A program made the position numbers and the translations under genes. Under the pieces are notes generated by a model. It was not told the DNA's origin. It ran no database searches and saw only the letters and a program-made list of their open reading frames with translations. From the NCBI GenBank assembly GCA_951406725.2, contig OX597815.1, positions 107,384,001 through 107,448,000 of the forward strand: 64,000 nucleotides of DNA. Reading direction: 5' to 3'. Every line of letters starts with the position of its first letter. Position 1 is the first letter of the stretch. Below, piece by piece: positions 27,662 to 41,148 of the stretch. Origin of the DNA: Octopus vulgaris (taxonomy: Eukaryota).

Positions 27662-27697
<36 letters not shown>

Positions 27698-27948
27698 GAA
27701 ATATGTTTCAAAAAGAAAATAGAAACTACATGTGGAAAAGATATGGGGGAAAGTAAGAAGATAAAAAGCGAAAATGCACATTGAATATAAAAAAACTAGA
27801 GGCTTTTTTATGAAAAGTAGTGATAAATAAATGCAATTAGATGAATTGAGGTAGAATTAAGAGGAATTAAACTCCTTATTTTGAAATGTTAAAGAGATTC
27901 AAAGTCAAACAGGTGTCGTCATTGCTGTTCACTGGCTTTGAATGCGCC

Positions 27949-27999
<51 letters not shown>

Positions 28000-28004
<5 letters not shown>

Positions 28005-29165
28005 GTGATTTGATCAATATGTATCCGGACTGTTGACATAGTAATGAAACTAAAGCACGCAGAGCAAAGCTGCTTGGCACAGATTGACCTTGAATTCTGC
28101 TGTGCATGTGCACTAAGTTTTACTATTCTAGCTCACTTCCACTGTTTACAGTAGTGCTTGAAATGAACGTGTGTGGTGTATGATTATTGCATTGACCACA
28201 ACAAAGAAAGTTGAGCTGAGAATCAGCATCAAATTTTGCCAAACGCTTGGCAATACCTTCTCAGAAGCCTATACAAAGTTGCAGAAGGTGTATGGAGAGG
28301 AGTGTATGAGCTGAAAAAATGTCGATAATGACGAATGTTCTGAGAGACCCACAATCAACAGAAGTGAGAAAAACATCGCAAATGTGCATGCAACTGTGAG
28401 GGGAAAATCGTTGAATCACCATCCACGAGTTATCAGAGGGCATATAGATTATAGTTCAGTTCAGTCCATTATCACTGAAGATTTGGGTATGAGACACATG
28501 TCTGCCAAGTTTGTACCAAAACTGCTTTCAGCAGGCCAAAATGACACTCATTGGGCAAGGTTTGGAAACTCAGCACTTGGGTGCCACACACTTTGAGCAA
28601 AAACAACAAAAATCAATGCTCCACAATCGCTGCCAGTTTGCTCACTCAACATCACTGAATACATGGTCACAAACAACATTTTCTTTTCTGCATTGTCACT
28701 GGCAAAGGAAAATGGTACCTTTGTGTCAATATGATGCAGGAAAAAGAATGGCTCAGCCCCGACAAACAAGTGACTCCACAAGCAAAACAAGACCTTCACC
28801 TTCAAAAGACCATGTTGTGCATATGGTGGGACTGGGAAGGCATAATTTATTACATTACAAACTGCTTGAGTGCAACCAAACACTCAATGTGGAGCTCTAC
28901 ATTCAACAACTGCACCGACTCAATGAAGCAATTCAGCAAAAAAGACCAAATAGGTGAAATGGCATTCTTCTGCAATTCAACAACACCCGTCCTCACATCG
29001 CCAATATGACCAAAGCTGTATCTTTCAATAATGACATAGAATAGAGGGCTTGGTTGGACAAATTCCTTGAGTCAAGACTGGGAGATTTCTATCGCCAAGG
29101 CATTGAAAAACGTATTGAACGATGGGAGGAAGTCATTAACAACAACAGAGAGTATATTATTAATT
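28000..29165 (+). mobile_element. Decayed mariner sequence, apparently two subfamilies joined near 28550
   Basis: N-terminus RISIKFC...LGMRHMSAKFVPKLL, then WVPHTL...KTMLCIWWDWEGII...LNEAIQQKRP and C-terminal ERWEEVINNNREY; internal deletion near 29015. Confidence 0.85.
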
Positions 29166-32093
29166 TGTTGTAGTGTTTTTGTTTCAAATACTTCCTCTTA
29201 TAGTAAGACACTTATCTGTATCCCTCTAACCTCTAACCTCTCAACTGGCTCAAAGACACCACCCTTGGTTCAACTGCTGCTGAGAGGTCTTTGTCTGGCT
29301 GGTGTTGGTGTCTCATTAAGAAGCAGCCCTGCAGGTGCCCCATAAGCAGTACCCAGTAAACTCTGTAAAGTCATATTAAGAAGGGTTGTAGAAACCATGC
29401 CAAAGCAGACAATGGTGCCTGGTGCTGCTCTCTGGTTTGTCTAGCTTCTGTCAAACCATGCAAAACATGCCAGCATGGAAAACAGACATTAAATGATGAT
29501 GATGATAGATATAGATATAAATACTTATGTTTCTGTATGTGTGTGTGTGGAATGTTTAGTATATGTACAGATATGTGATAAATGTTTTTTTTATGGCTGC
29601 TTAGCCTCCTACACACTACATACAATATGTAAATGATAACATTGATGTGAATTGTCGTACACATATCACATAATATGATGGCTATATATCAACTAGATTC
29701 ATGCAGCCATCATATATTATACATTGTATTTGATACACATCTCATGTTACTTAATCTTAATTTTTATTTGAATTAGTATTTTAGTTGTGTCATAGCTGTA
29801 AGCATGTATGTGTACATACACATGCATAGCCACATATAAACAAACATATACACAGACTTATTTGCGCACACACACACACAAACACACACACACACACACA
29901 CATACACACTAAATTTGTTTAGAATTAGGTCAATCCTGATTGAATACATTTACAATCTAAGACATTCTAACCTGGAACCATTTATATATTATTTTTTCAG
30001 ATATAATATATCAAAGACTGTTTTATTCAACTCATCCTTCATTTTATGAACAGAAACATGTATTTTGTCAGAGAACTGACTGCTATGTTTTGTAAGTCAA
30101 ATAGCTGCAAAAATGCAGTTTCTTGATTTGCATATAAGCTTGTATTGGAAGGCAAAGTTACGCTGTTTGAAACAAAGGTTTTCTGACAATCCATATCATG
30201 TTTACAGTCCTCACCAAATATTCCCTCCTATTAAATGTGGCACAAGAACTCTCTCACACACACATATACACACTGACAGAATTTCTATCAAACAAATTCA
30301 CTCAAAAGCTTTTGTTGGCCTGAGCAAAAGACACTTGCTCAAGGAACCATATAGTGGGACTGAATCCAAAACTGTGTGGTTGGGAAGCAAGTTTCTTACT
30401 AACACAGCCATGCCTGTGTCATTGTTATTATGTATATTCATATAAGGTAGTGAGCTGGCAGAATTGTTAGCACTCTGGGCAAAATGTTCTGAGTTCAAAT
30501 TCCCCTGCAGTCAACTTTGCCTATCATCCTTTCAGGGTTGATAAAATAAGTACCAGTTGAGCACTGGGGTTGATGCAATCGATTTAATCCCTCCCCACAA
30601 ACTGGTGGCTTTGTGCTGAAATTTGAAACCAATATCATCATTGTCATCATCATTTAATGTCTGTTGCTCATGTTGGCATGGGTTGGTGGGTTTGACCAGG
30701 GATGGTAAACTGGAAGGCTGCACCAGACTCCAGTCTGATTTGGCATGGTTTTCTATGGTTGGATACCCTTCCTAACATCAACCACTCCAAGAGTGTAACA
30801 GGTGATTTTACATGACACTGACATGGGTGCCATTTGCATGACACTGATATCTGCCAAGACTGTGATTTTGCTCAGCTTCATGGGTCTCCTTCTCAAGCAC
30901 AACATAATGCCAAAGGTCTTGGTCATTGCCTCTGTGAGGCCCAACACTTGAAAGGAACTCCACCACTTTGCTTCTGTGAGGTCCAACGCTCTGTATTCAT
31001 ATATATTAAAATGTTAAGATAAAGAAAAATATTTTATATTGAGTTCTGCTTTTTAGGCATGGCTGAGAGATTAAAAAGTATGCTTCCCAACCATATATTT
31101 TCAAATTCAGTCCAACTGTGCAGCACTTCGGACAAGTGTCTTCTACTGTAGCCCTAGATCAACCAAAACCTTGTGAGTGGATTTGGTACACTGAAACTGA
31201 AAGAAGCCCATCATAGACTTATGTGTGTGTCTTTGTATTTGTGTCTCTTCCCCCACTGCCTGACAACTAGTGCTGGTTTGTTTACACCCCTGCAACTTAA
31301 TGGTTTGGCGAAAAGAAACTGATTAAAAAGTCCCAGGTTTTAAAAAAATGAGTACTTCAAGTAAGTACATTCCAATGACTGAAACGTGTAAAGATAAAAG
31401 ATGTTTTAGTTAGCTTGCTTCAAAGAGAGTTACAAGTTAATTGTATAAAAATGCTTGATGAAACTAAAGTTTGGTAATTTCTTATTCACATTTGATGGAG
31501 TAGCAGAAATAGCTTGTATGACAAACAGAATACCTTGTATTTCAACAGTGTCTTTCATACTGGGATCAATATAACTGGCAGATCTCTCTACTACACTGGA
31601 GACCTATTTTAGAAATAAACATTTGATTCAAAGATGAACTTTTTTTTTTATTTAATACTCTACTAAAAGTTTATAATCTGATCAGACAAAGGTTATGTGT
31701 AAGAAAACAGAATTATTATTCTAAAAGAATTATTGCAATTATTTTATCTACGAAAGTTTAGACAGAATTAAAATTTGAGGTTGTGAGTCTTTAAAATGTT
31801 TGCATCTCATAATCTGAGTAGGTGGCACTGTGAGCTTATTTTGGTGCATTTACACCATTTATCTATGGTGAGAAATTTTCTCCATGACAAAAGAGTGAAT
31901 GGCTTTTTTACAGATTTGAATATGTCCCAAGCATATTTGAACTGGTAATAACCTTGCACACACACACATCATCATCATCATCATTTAACGTCCGTCTTCT
32001 ATGCTGGCATGGGTTGGATGGTTTGACAGGAGCTGGTAAACCTGAGGACTGTGCCAAGCTCCATTGTCTGTTTTGAAATGTTTTTTTTTATAA

Positions 32094-32502
32094 GGTGCAG
32101 GAGTGGCTGTGTGGTAAGTAGCTTGCTTACCAACCACATGGTTCTGGGTTCAGTCCCACTGCATGGCACCTTGGGCAAGTGTCTTCTACTATAGACTCGG
32201 GCCAACCAAAGCCTTGTGAGTGGATTTGGTAGATGGAAACCGAAAGAAGCCCGTCGTATATATGTATATGTATATATATGTGTGTGTGTGTGTGTGTGTT
32301 TGTGTGTCTGTGTTTGTCTCCCCAACATTGCTTGACAATCGATGCTGGTGTGTTTATGTCCCCGTAACTTAGTGGTTCGGCAAAAGGGACTGATAGAATA
32401 AGTACTAGGCTTACAAAAAAATAAGTCCTGGGGTCGATTTGCTCAACTAAAGGCGGTGCTCCAGCATGGCCGCAGTCAAATGACTGAAACAAGTAAAAGA
32501 GT
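32094..32502 (+). mobile_element. tRNA-derived SINE family 1, best-preserved copy, inserted in an RTE-tail fragment (other copies approx. 15500-15897 -, 16845-17200 -, 23700-24058 -, 31055-31400 +, 33144-33365 +, 44185-44575 +, 45820-46215 -)
   Basis: GGAGTGGCTGTGTGGTAAG (A box), GGGTTCAGTCCC (B box), CCTTGGGCAAG core, internal (GT)n, end GACTGAAACAAGTAAAAGA. Confidence 0.85.
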
Positions 32503-34619
32503 AACTGGGTGCCCATCCTAATACCTACTACTTTACAGAGTGGACTGGGTGCTTTTTATTTAGTGTTCATCACCACTGTTTGACGACCACTGTTGGTTTG
32601 TCTATGTCCCTTTAACTTAGTGCTCCAACAAAAAAGATTGAAAGATAAGTACCAGGCTTAGAAATAAGTACTAGAGTTGATTTGTTCATCTAAACCCAGT
32701 GACTGAAACAAGTAAAAGATTAATACTGGGAGGTGGGTTGGTACAATAGCTAGAAGGACAGACAAGATGCCTTATGGTATTGTGTCTTTTTGTGTTCTGA
32801 GTTCTTGGTGGTAGTGGAATAGACCTAATCCTTTGCTGTGCTTAACACCTGTTTCTTAGATGTGCTTTACTGTAGTTCCCTCTGTTGCAAGCTTTCAGGC
32901 TGGGGCTCTGATTGGACAATAACTTCTCCACTTCTTTCAACCAGTCTTAGAGGCTTTATAATGAGTCATGGATGCTGCCCTTCCTTCCATGACTAAATGC
33001 TTGGTAAAAAAAATGATCTTCTGTGGATGTGGTTTGAGATAAACTTATGACTTATCTGGAATCAAGTGATTATGAGGTTCTCTCAATAATAGCAAATGCA
33101 GAAAATTTTAGTGAGATGTCTACTGCATGAAAAACATAGTTATAGGCATAGGAGTGGCTGTGTGGTAAGTAGCTTGCTTATGAACTACATGGTTCTGGGT
33201 TCAGTCCCACTGCAGGACACCTTGGGCAAGTGTCTTCTATTATAGCCTCAGGCCAACCAAAGCCTTGTGAGTGGATTTGGTAGATGGAAACTGAAAGAAG
33301 CCCATCATATATATGTATAAGTATATATATATCTATGTGTGTGTGTATGTATTTGTGTGTCTGTGTAAGAGTTAAGTGGAGTCTGTGTTAGTAAATGTAG
33401 CAAATTATATTTAATAAATATTACATTATAATGAAGAAAAAATAAAACATTAATATTAATGATAGTATGTTCATTTCAAGAATGACAGGTAAGATAACAC
33501 TGTGTAAGTTTGATTAAATAGGTGTTGGATTATTTGTAGGACTAATTTTGGCTGTGTTGTTGTTACCCATATTAAAACCAAGTCTACTCAAAGTTTTTGA
33601 TGAAACCGTTTATTTACATTAAAGTGTACAGAGGTTTTTGCCAAGAGTAAATATGGACCAGAAATGTCTAGATAAGCATTTATCTCTATATATATGATTG
33701 CTTACTTGCTAGAAAAGATAGCTATATCTTTTGAGATACATGTTGTGAGAAGTGGAAAAGTTCTGTATTTCTTGTGAGCAAATGATTCCTATTAACTAGA
33801 GGTTGAGCAGCAACCAAACAACCTGCCAACTCATGGATTTCTATTGTTTCCACTGATACATGTAGCATGCATTTCAATTTACAGTCTCAAATGATTGCAT
33901 TTGAAATACTATTGGCTAACAATTAGGCCAAGATCACCTGATATGCTGTGGCCTATTTCTCATTACTAAGTTGATATGCTTTCAAATCTAAGCTCTGTTA
34001 CAGTGGTATGAAATAAAAAGTGAATTTAATCTTTGCTAGATTCAGTAAATAATTCCAGACATGTTTCAGTCTTATCAAACTTCTTCAACAAGTCATCATT
34101 TTACAAGTAGTTACTAGGCCTTTGAAAAATTGAGGGAATAAATAGATTTTGAGAAAGAAATCAGTTACTGATTTGTTAAATCAAATTATTAACTCAGGAA
34201 TGATTTGAAACCATAATTTGTGTGTTGCTGAGAGACATAACAGAAAATTTGTGGGATTTTGAGGACTATTCCTCTCAGTAGCAATAATCTGCGACCCTCT
34301 TTAACCTACTTAATGTTTTTAATGGGTTGGACAGTTTGACAGTCACCAATGTGTCCAAGGACTGCATCAAATGCCACTGTTTACTTTGGCATAAATTCTA
34401 CCACTAAATGCTCTTCTTAATGTCAACCATTTTACAGTATAGACTGGGCGCTTTTTTCATGCTACCAAACTATTGAGGTTGCCATGCAGTTCACAGGACT
34501 TACAAGCCCTGGGGTAGCTAGTAGGTCAGTTTCATGCTAGGTGATTAGGGTATTACTGAAAGTTGGGGAAGAGCATATTCCTGCAGGAGGGGTCTGCATG
34601 ACTACTAAAAAAAAATTAT

Positions 34620-35600
34620 CAATGTAGTCATCTTTCATTCAAACAACATGTCTGACCCATCTGACTGAATTCTCAGGGTAATAGTGTCTTTGCACAAAGG
34701 AATGATGGCAACAGTGATATCTAGCAGTCAACATTCAGAGGTACTTTCTCTTGCCACTAGAATGAAACAGGGCTGTGTTTTAGCTCCTGTACTTTTTTTT
34801 CTTTATTCTTTTTGATGATGTTCCAATATACTTTTAGGGATTACCATGAAGGTGTAAAATTTCAGTTTGGCACAGAAGGCCTACTAAACCCAAAAGGGCA
34901 AAATTTCTGATCAAAAGAAAAGACCAAGGAAGAGATTCTACATGATTTTCTTTTTGATGATGATTTCACTTCAATTTCTTATACATTTAAGGGAATCTAA
35001 GAAACTATCAACAGGTTGGCTACTGCAGCTTGTGCATTTAGACTGACTTTTAGCATCAAGAAGACCGAAGTTTTATTCCAACCAAAGCATGGGGCAGAAC
35101 ATATTCAAATGTGATGATTGACAACAAGCCACTCAAATGGGTCAGGTCATTTAAATAGCTTGGAAGTACAGTAAACTTTAAGAGTACTCTTGATGATGAA
35201 ATCAATGTTAGAATATTTAAGGCTACAAGTGTTTTTGGTGAAACTTTCCCATCATCTGTTGGATGAACATGGTGTCAGTCTGGAAACTAATATAAGTGTA
35301 TACAAATTTTGTATTTTGAGGACATTTTTGTATGGGAGCAGAAGCATGGACTCCCAAAAACAGACATATAAAGAAACTTGAAACCTTTCACAAGTGCAGT
35401 CTGCACAATATCTGCAACATAAAATGGTAATACAGTTCTATATTTAAGAGATGAGGAATTATGTACACTATTTACTTTATTTACATTATTTACATTTGAT
35501 GGATATTTGTCCTCATTTTGCACATGGGCATATGGTGTAATGGTTAAGAGTACAGGTTACTAACCCCAAGATTCTGAGTTCAATTCCAGACAGTGACCTA

Positions 35601-35649
<49 letters not shown>

Positions 35650-36290
35650 TTAATAATAACAATAACATCAAAAAATATCTTAGGAATGAGAACCCAGGTT
35701 CAAAATTTCTCCAAGACACCCGATGAAGGCTGGAGGGTATATCAGCCGAAATGTGTTAAAAATGAACAAGATGAGGACAAATATCCGTCAAATGTAAATA
35801 ATGTAAACAAAGCAAATAATGTATAAAATGGTAAGATAAGATACCAAATGTCAAAATCTTAGAAAAATGTGATATATCCAGTATCAAAAGCATGCTGTTG
35901 AGAATTCAATGCAGAAGGGTAGGACATGTTGTTCAAATGAAAGATGATTGCATTCTGAAAATTCTTTTGTATGACCAACAAGTAGAGGGATACTGCAGTA
36001 AAGGAAGACCTGTCCTTAGATATAAAGATTAGTTGAAGCAATCAGTAAAGTATCTACAGCTTAATTTGACATCTTTGGAAAGTCATTGCTAGGATCGATT
36101 TGCATGGTGTAAAATGTGTCATGATGCATCAAAACAATTTGAGTTGAAGAACCAGAACAATAACAGAATTATATCTTGCAATCAACAGACACATTTGTGC
36201 AGTCCCAGTCAAAAATCAAAAATCAAAAATCAAAGTCACCATTGTGACTTCATAACAAAATCTATATCTGCACTCAAATGACATTCACAC
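34620..36290 (+). mobile_element. Old RTE-BovB-type LINE (RT to C-terminus), interrupted at 35431-35822
   Basis: MKQGCVLAPVLF, LHDFLFDDD, LTFSIKKTEV, LRTFLYG; many stops and frameshifts. Confidence 0.8.
35431..35822 (+). mobile_element. tRNA-head SINE with (TAA)n, hammerhead remnant and 5' inverted copy of its own tail; 12-bp TSD
   Basis: TSD ATAAAATGGTAA at 35419-35430 and 35823-35834; tRNA-like head 35527-35598; ACAC CCGATGA A GGCTG..CAGCC GAAA..GTGT at 35716-35756; 35465-35520 is the reverse complement of 35767-35822. Confidence 0.8.
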
Positions 36291-36449
36291 ATCCATTGTA
36301 AATAGATATAACTTCTTTTATTTTTAAACTTGGTTTTTCTTTTTTCTCTCTCTCTCTCTATATCCTCTTCTTCAAACACTCATACATCGAAATTGATGGG
36401 GTGGGGGGAAGAGCCATCGTCGTTGTCGTCATCATCATCATCATCATCA

Positions 36450-36515
<66 letters not shown>

Positions 36516-36725
36516 CAGGAAGCTGGCAGAAGTCTTAGTATGCTAGGCAAAATATTTAGTGGCATTTTGTTCATCGTTGTGTTCTGAATTCACATGAAAC
36601 TAAGGTTGACTTTACCTTTCATCTTTTTGGGGTTGATAAAATAAGAACTTGCAGAGCACTGGGGTTGATGTAATTGACTAGTCTTCTTGCCACAAATTTC
36701 AGATCTTGTGCCTATTGTAGAAAGG

Positions 36726-36766
<41 letters not shown>

Positions 36767-36769
<3 letters not shown>

Positions 36770-37243
36770 TAGCTAGCCCTGTGCTGTCAAAAATGATGGC
36801 TAATTGTAGTATTTTATATATAAATATGGACAAAAGATAGACTATGGATGATAATTCAAATTAATACTCTTGTCAATGTTACCTAGTGGTTGTCTTTTGA
36901 GATGTGACATTTATCATCGTTTGTTACTGAAGGAACACTGGTTTACACATTCATTCACATACTTCCCTTGTACATGCACACACATACACACGTATACTCA
37001 CACACAGTTGAAATGCCTTTTGGCTTTTCTTTTCAGCGTTGAAGGTTCACCATCCCACTTCCATTGCACACACACACACACACAGACACCTCCCTTTTAC
37101 ATACACACACATATACTCACACTGAGTTGAAATGCTCCCGCTACCAGTTTGCCATCACCCCTTCCTTCCTTATTCATCTATCACCCCTTCCTTTCTCATT
37201 CTAATGTTGTGACAGAGAAAAACACAAAAGTATTATTATAGTA
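36767..37243 (+). mobile_element. Helitron/Helentron-like non-autonomous element, family B
   Basis: TACTAG start, TATAGTAGAT end; inverted copy at 41149-41854. Confidence 0.55.
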
Positions 37244-37639
37244 GATTATTATTATTAGCAAGCTGGCAGAATCAACAGCATACTGGACAAAATGCTTAGT
37301 GGCATTTCTTCTGGCTTTATGTTCTGAGTTCAAATGCTGCTGAAGTCAGCTTTGCTTTTTATTCTTTCAAGGTCAATAAAGTATGTGTCAGTTGAACACT
37401 AGGGTCATGTAATTAACTTAACCCCATCTCCTAAAATTGCAGGCCTTTTGCAAAAATTAGAAAAGAATTATTGTTGTTAAGCCTTAGATCAATCCAGATC
37501 AAACAGACCTATGGTCAAAGACATTCAAACCTTGAACATCTTGTCTTTTTACAGGAATAGTGTAGCTTGGACTACATCACCTATGTGTCCTTTTACTTTT
37601 ATATGGCTTGGTATATATATATGCACACATACACGCATG

Positions 37640-37683
<44 letters not shown>

Positions 37684-37978
37684 AATTAAGAGAAATAACA
37701 TCTATTAAGTAATTCAATTGATAGTGAAAGATATTATCTATATTAAATCATATAGAAAAAATTTTAATATATTATAATAAATATTATTCTAAATTTTACT
37801 AAATTAAAGAAACATTAAATTGAATATGTGTGTTTCAGGACTATATCTTTAAAAAGATAATAATAAAATCGATACTATTAAAATTGATTCGATTTAAAAT
37901 TAATTTAGTCTAAAAATATAGCCACTCTTCAGGTCTATGAATTTTTCTCTGTAAGTTTGGAATTTTATATTCCCTACT

Positions 37979-38015
<37 letters not shown>

Positions 38016-38024
38016 TATATATAT

Positions 38025-38762
38025 AGGCGGCACTGGCATCAGCCACATTCAGATGGTGCTTTTTACATGCCACCGGCATGCGTATCTTAACTACAATTTC
38101 CATTTGATTTTTGTTTTGACGTTGGTGTTGACGTACTTGTCTCAATAGGTCTCCTCAAGAACAGCAGGTTACTCTACGAACCAAGGTTAGCACAGCAGGC
38201 CGTCCTGCGAGCCATGAACTCACTTAATTTTTTGGGTCTTCGCTCGAAAAATGTGAGCCATGAACTCACTTAATTTTTTGGGTTTTCACCCGAAAAATGA
38301 AGTGAGTTCATGGCTTGCAGGATGACCTGCTGTGCTAACCTTGGTTCGTAGAGTAACCCGCTGTTCTAGAGGAGACCTATTGAGTCAAGTACGTCAACAC
38401 CAATATCAAAATAAAAATCAAATCGAAATTGTAGTTAAGATACCTGTGCCGGTGGCACATAAAATGCACCATCTGAATGTGGCTGATGCCAGCGCCGCCT
38501 GACTGGCGTCTGTGTTGGTGACATATAAAAAGCACCAACCAATCGTGGCCGTTTGCCAGCCCCTTCTGGCCCCAGTGCCGGTGGCACATAAAAAGCACCC
38601 ACTACACTCATGGAGTGGTTGGCATTGGGAAGGGCAACCAGCTGTAGAAACACTGCTAGATCAGGCTGGAGCCTGGCGCAGCCTACTGGCTTCCCAGACC
38701 CCGGTCAAACCGTCCAACCCATGCTAGCATGGAAAACGGACGTTAAACGATGATGATGATAA
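38025..38762 (+). mobile_element. RTE 3'-UTR insertion with fold-back (arms approx. 38025-38240 and 38289-38500)
   Basis: Left arm is the reverse complement of the 5' part of the + strand UTR that continues to the (GAT)n tail at approx. 38750. Confidence 0.85.
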
Positions 38763-39329
38763 TGATATATATATGGGTTGAAAGAGAGATTTGTTTGGTA
38801 TTTTTAGCAGCTTCAGCAACCATGTAGAAGCTATCTCATTGGCTTGTACCTTCATAATTTTGCACATAAGTGTATGGAAAACATAAAAACTTAAATCTTT
38901 CAATCATTCTTCATGAAACTTATAAAACAACTTTATGCATGATGTTTTATTTAAATTATTTATTCATTCATGCCTATATAAATTTGTTATTAAGCAAAAA
39001 AGTAGAAAAGAAAGTGAGCTGACAATTTAAAAGGCTGGTCTAGTTATGAGCTATTGTGTAGGAGTGTGAATTGAACATAATTTGAGCAATATCTTGCATT
39101 GAAATATTCAACATACATTGCTAACTTATTAAAAGTGTTATACAGATTAAGTGAGGTGTACTAAAACTTATTTCAGCTGTTGGTGTTGAGAAATTGACAA
39201 ATACAATGCACATTGGAATGTTTGCTAAATGTATAAAAAGTATTAGATAGTAGCCAGGTCTTACTACAATGGATTGGCAAAATTGTTACAGCATTGACAA
39301 ATGGTGGTGTCTACAATGGGTATGGTCAG

Positions 39330-40070
39330 CAGCAGTGAGCTGCTTCCATGGGATGCATGGGAGCCATGGAGTCAGTTCCTACAATGAAGAGGGAACTAAG
39401 TTGATGGAGTTCTGTGAAGCGAATGACCTTATCAACTGTAACACTATCTTCAGGAAAATTAAGCAGTCACCTGTTCACCTGTCAGTCTGGTGGTGACTCA
39501 AACTAGATTTAATACATTCTTATTAGAAAGTAGTAAAGATGGTTGATTATAAAGGCAAAAATCTTCTCAGGCGAAGAGTGCACTCCTCAAAATAGGTTAG
39601 TCATTAGTGACTTCAGACCAGTGGTGGACTGGGTCTAAAAATATTGGTTGCCAGGAGACTAAGAGGGCCCATCCACAATTACAAGGGAGGTTCCATCAAC
39701 AACTACAATGCTATCTTTTAATTTTTTTTTTTTTTGTTAAAAGTATTCTTTTCAAGTGTGTACAAACACAGGCTGAAATAATGCATTCTTCCAGGAGTGA
39801 ATAAAAAATTCTCAAACTTGAGGGTATTGGCCCCCATATATGGCATATAATGGCATAGGGACCTACTTACCCGCGGGCAAGCTGGCAACCTGGCCAGTTC
39901 ACCACTGCTTCAGACTCAGGACAAGAAGATTGTCAAGAAGAGAACTAGTCTGGAAAGCAAAGGTCTGGAAGCTTATGGATCTTCTGAATAGTCAGAGATT
40001 TAGAGACAGTCTACTTGAAGCAATTGACAAGAAGGAGGAGGATAAATGGCCGTTCCTACAGGACAGCTTA
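39330..40070 (+). mobile_element. RTE APE-endonuclease C-terminal fragment, split by a hAT MITE
   Basis: NEEGTKLMEFCEANDLINCNTIFRK, GEECTPQNRLVISDFR, resuming LRTRR...KVWKL. Confidence 0.8.
39619..39907. mobile_element. hAT-type MITE
   Basis: TIR CAGTGGTGGACTGG / CCAGTTCACCACTG; perfect 8-bp TSD CTTCAGAC at 39611-39618 and 39908-39915. Confidence 0.92.
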
Positions 40071-41148
40071 ATGAGCCCCCCCCCCTACCATACATACAAG
40101 TATGTTCTTAATGGCTATACCCCTCCTCACACATTCTGTTCTCAAACAAACTTCCCTACAACCCAGCTTCCTCACATCCCACCACCCACTGCAGGTCCTT
40201 CCTGTCTCTCAAATGTCTATCCACACACTCTCCATACTCTTACATATCCTCTTCCCACTCTCAGACACTCCAATTCCACTCAACATTACTTGCTATCTCT
40301 AAACATCTCCCCTCACACTCTTATGGAACATCCCCCTCTATTCCCTCTGCACCACTTATACTATCCTCTCTGTTCCCTGTGGGCAGGCTCTCTCTATCTC
40401 TCTCTCACTCCATCTGTCTGTCTCTCTTACCATCCTCTCCTTCCTTGTCTTACTGATGCAGCCAAGTATCTTCAAGTGTCTTCTTGATAGTAAGAGGTCC
40501 CCTCTGTACCTATCATACTATAATCTCTCAGTTGTATTCCCTCTATCATCTGAGAGGTCCTTGTCTTGTGAGCTCATGGGTGCTGGTTCCACATAAAAAG
40601 CACCCTTGTTGGTGCTACATAAAAAGTACCCATGCTGGTACCGTGTAAAAGCACCCATGTTGATGCTGCATATAACGTACTCATGCTGGTGCCATATATA
40701 AAGCACCCATGCTGGTGCTACATATAAAGTACCTATTCTGCTTCCATGTATAAAGTGCTGGTGTCACATAAAAAGCACCTAGTAAACTATGTAAAGTGAT
40801 CTGAAGGGCATCCAGCCATAGAAACCATAACAAAACAGACAACTGGAGCCTGTGAAGTTCTCCAGTTTGCTGGCTTCCGTCAAACCGTACAACCCATGCC
40901 AACATGGGAAATGGATGTTAAATTATGGTGATGATGATGATGACTGGACAGAATCATTCATCATCATTTTAACATCCACTTTTCCATGCTGGCATGGGTC
41001 AAATGAAATTTGTTGAGACAGATTTTCTATGGCTGAATGCCCTTCCTGTTATCAAACTTCCAAGCAAGGTAATGGAGGGCTGGAAATTAACAACATACTC
41101 TTTTGCAACCATCACGTAACCTCAAGACAATGGTATGCACAAACAAAT

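Noticed and set aside
39840-40487. 215-aa ORF
   Set aside because: Chimera of MITE end, RTE fragment and pyrimidine-rich low-complexity sequence
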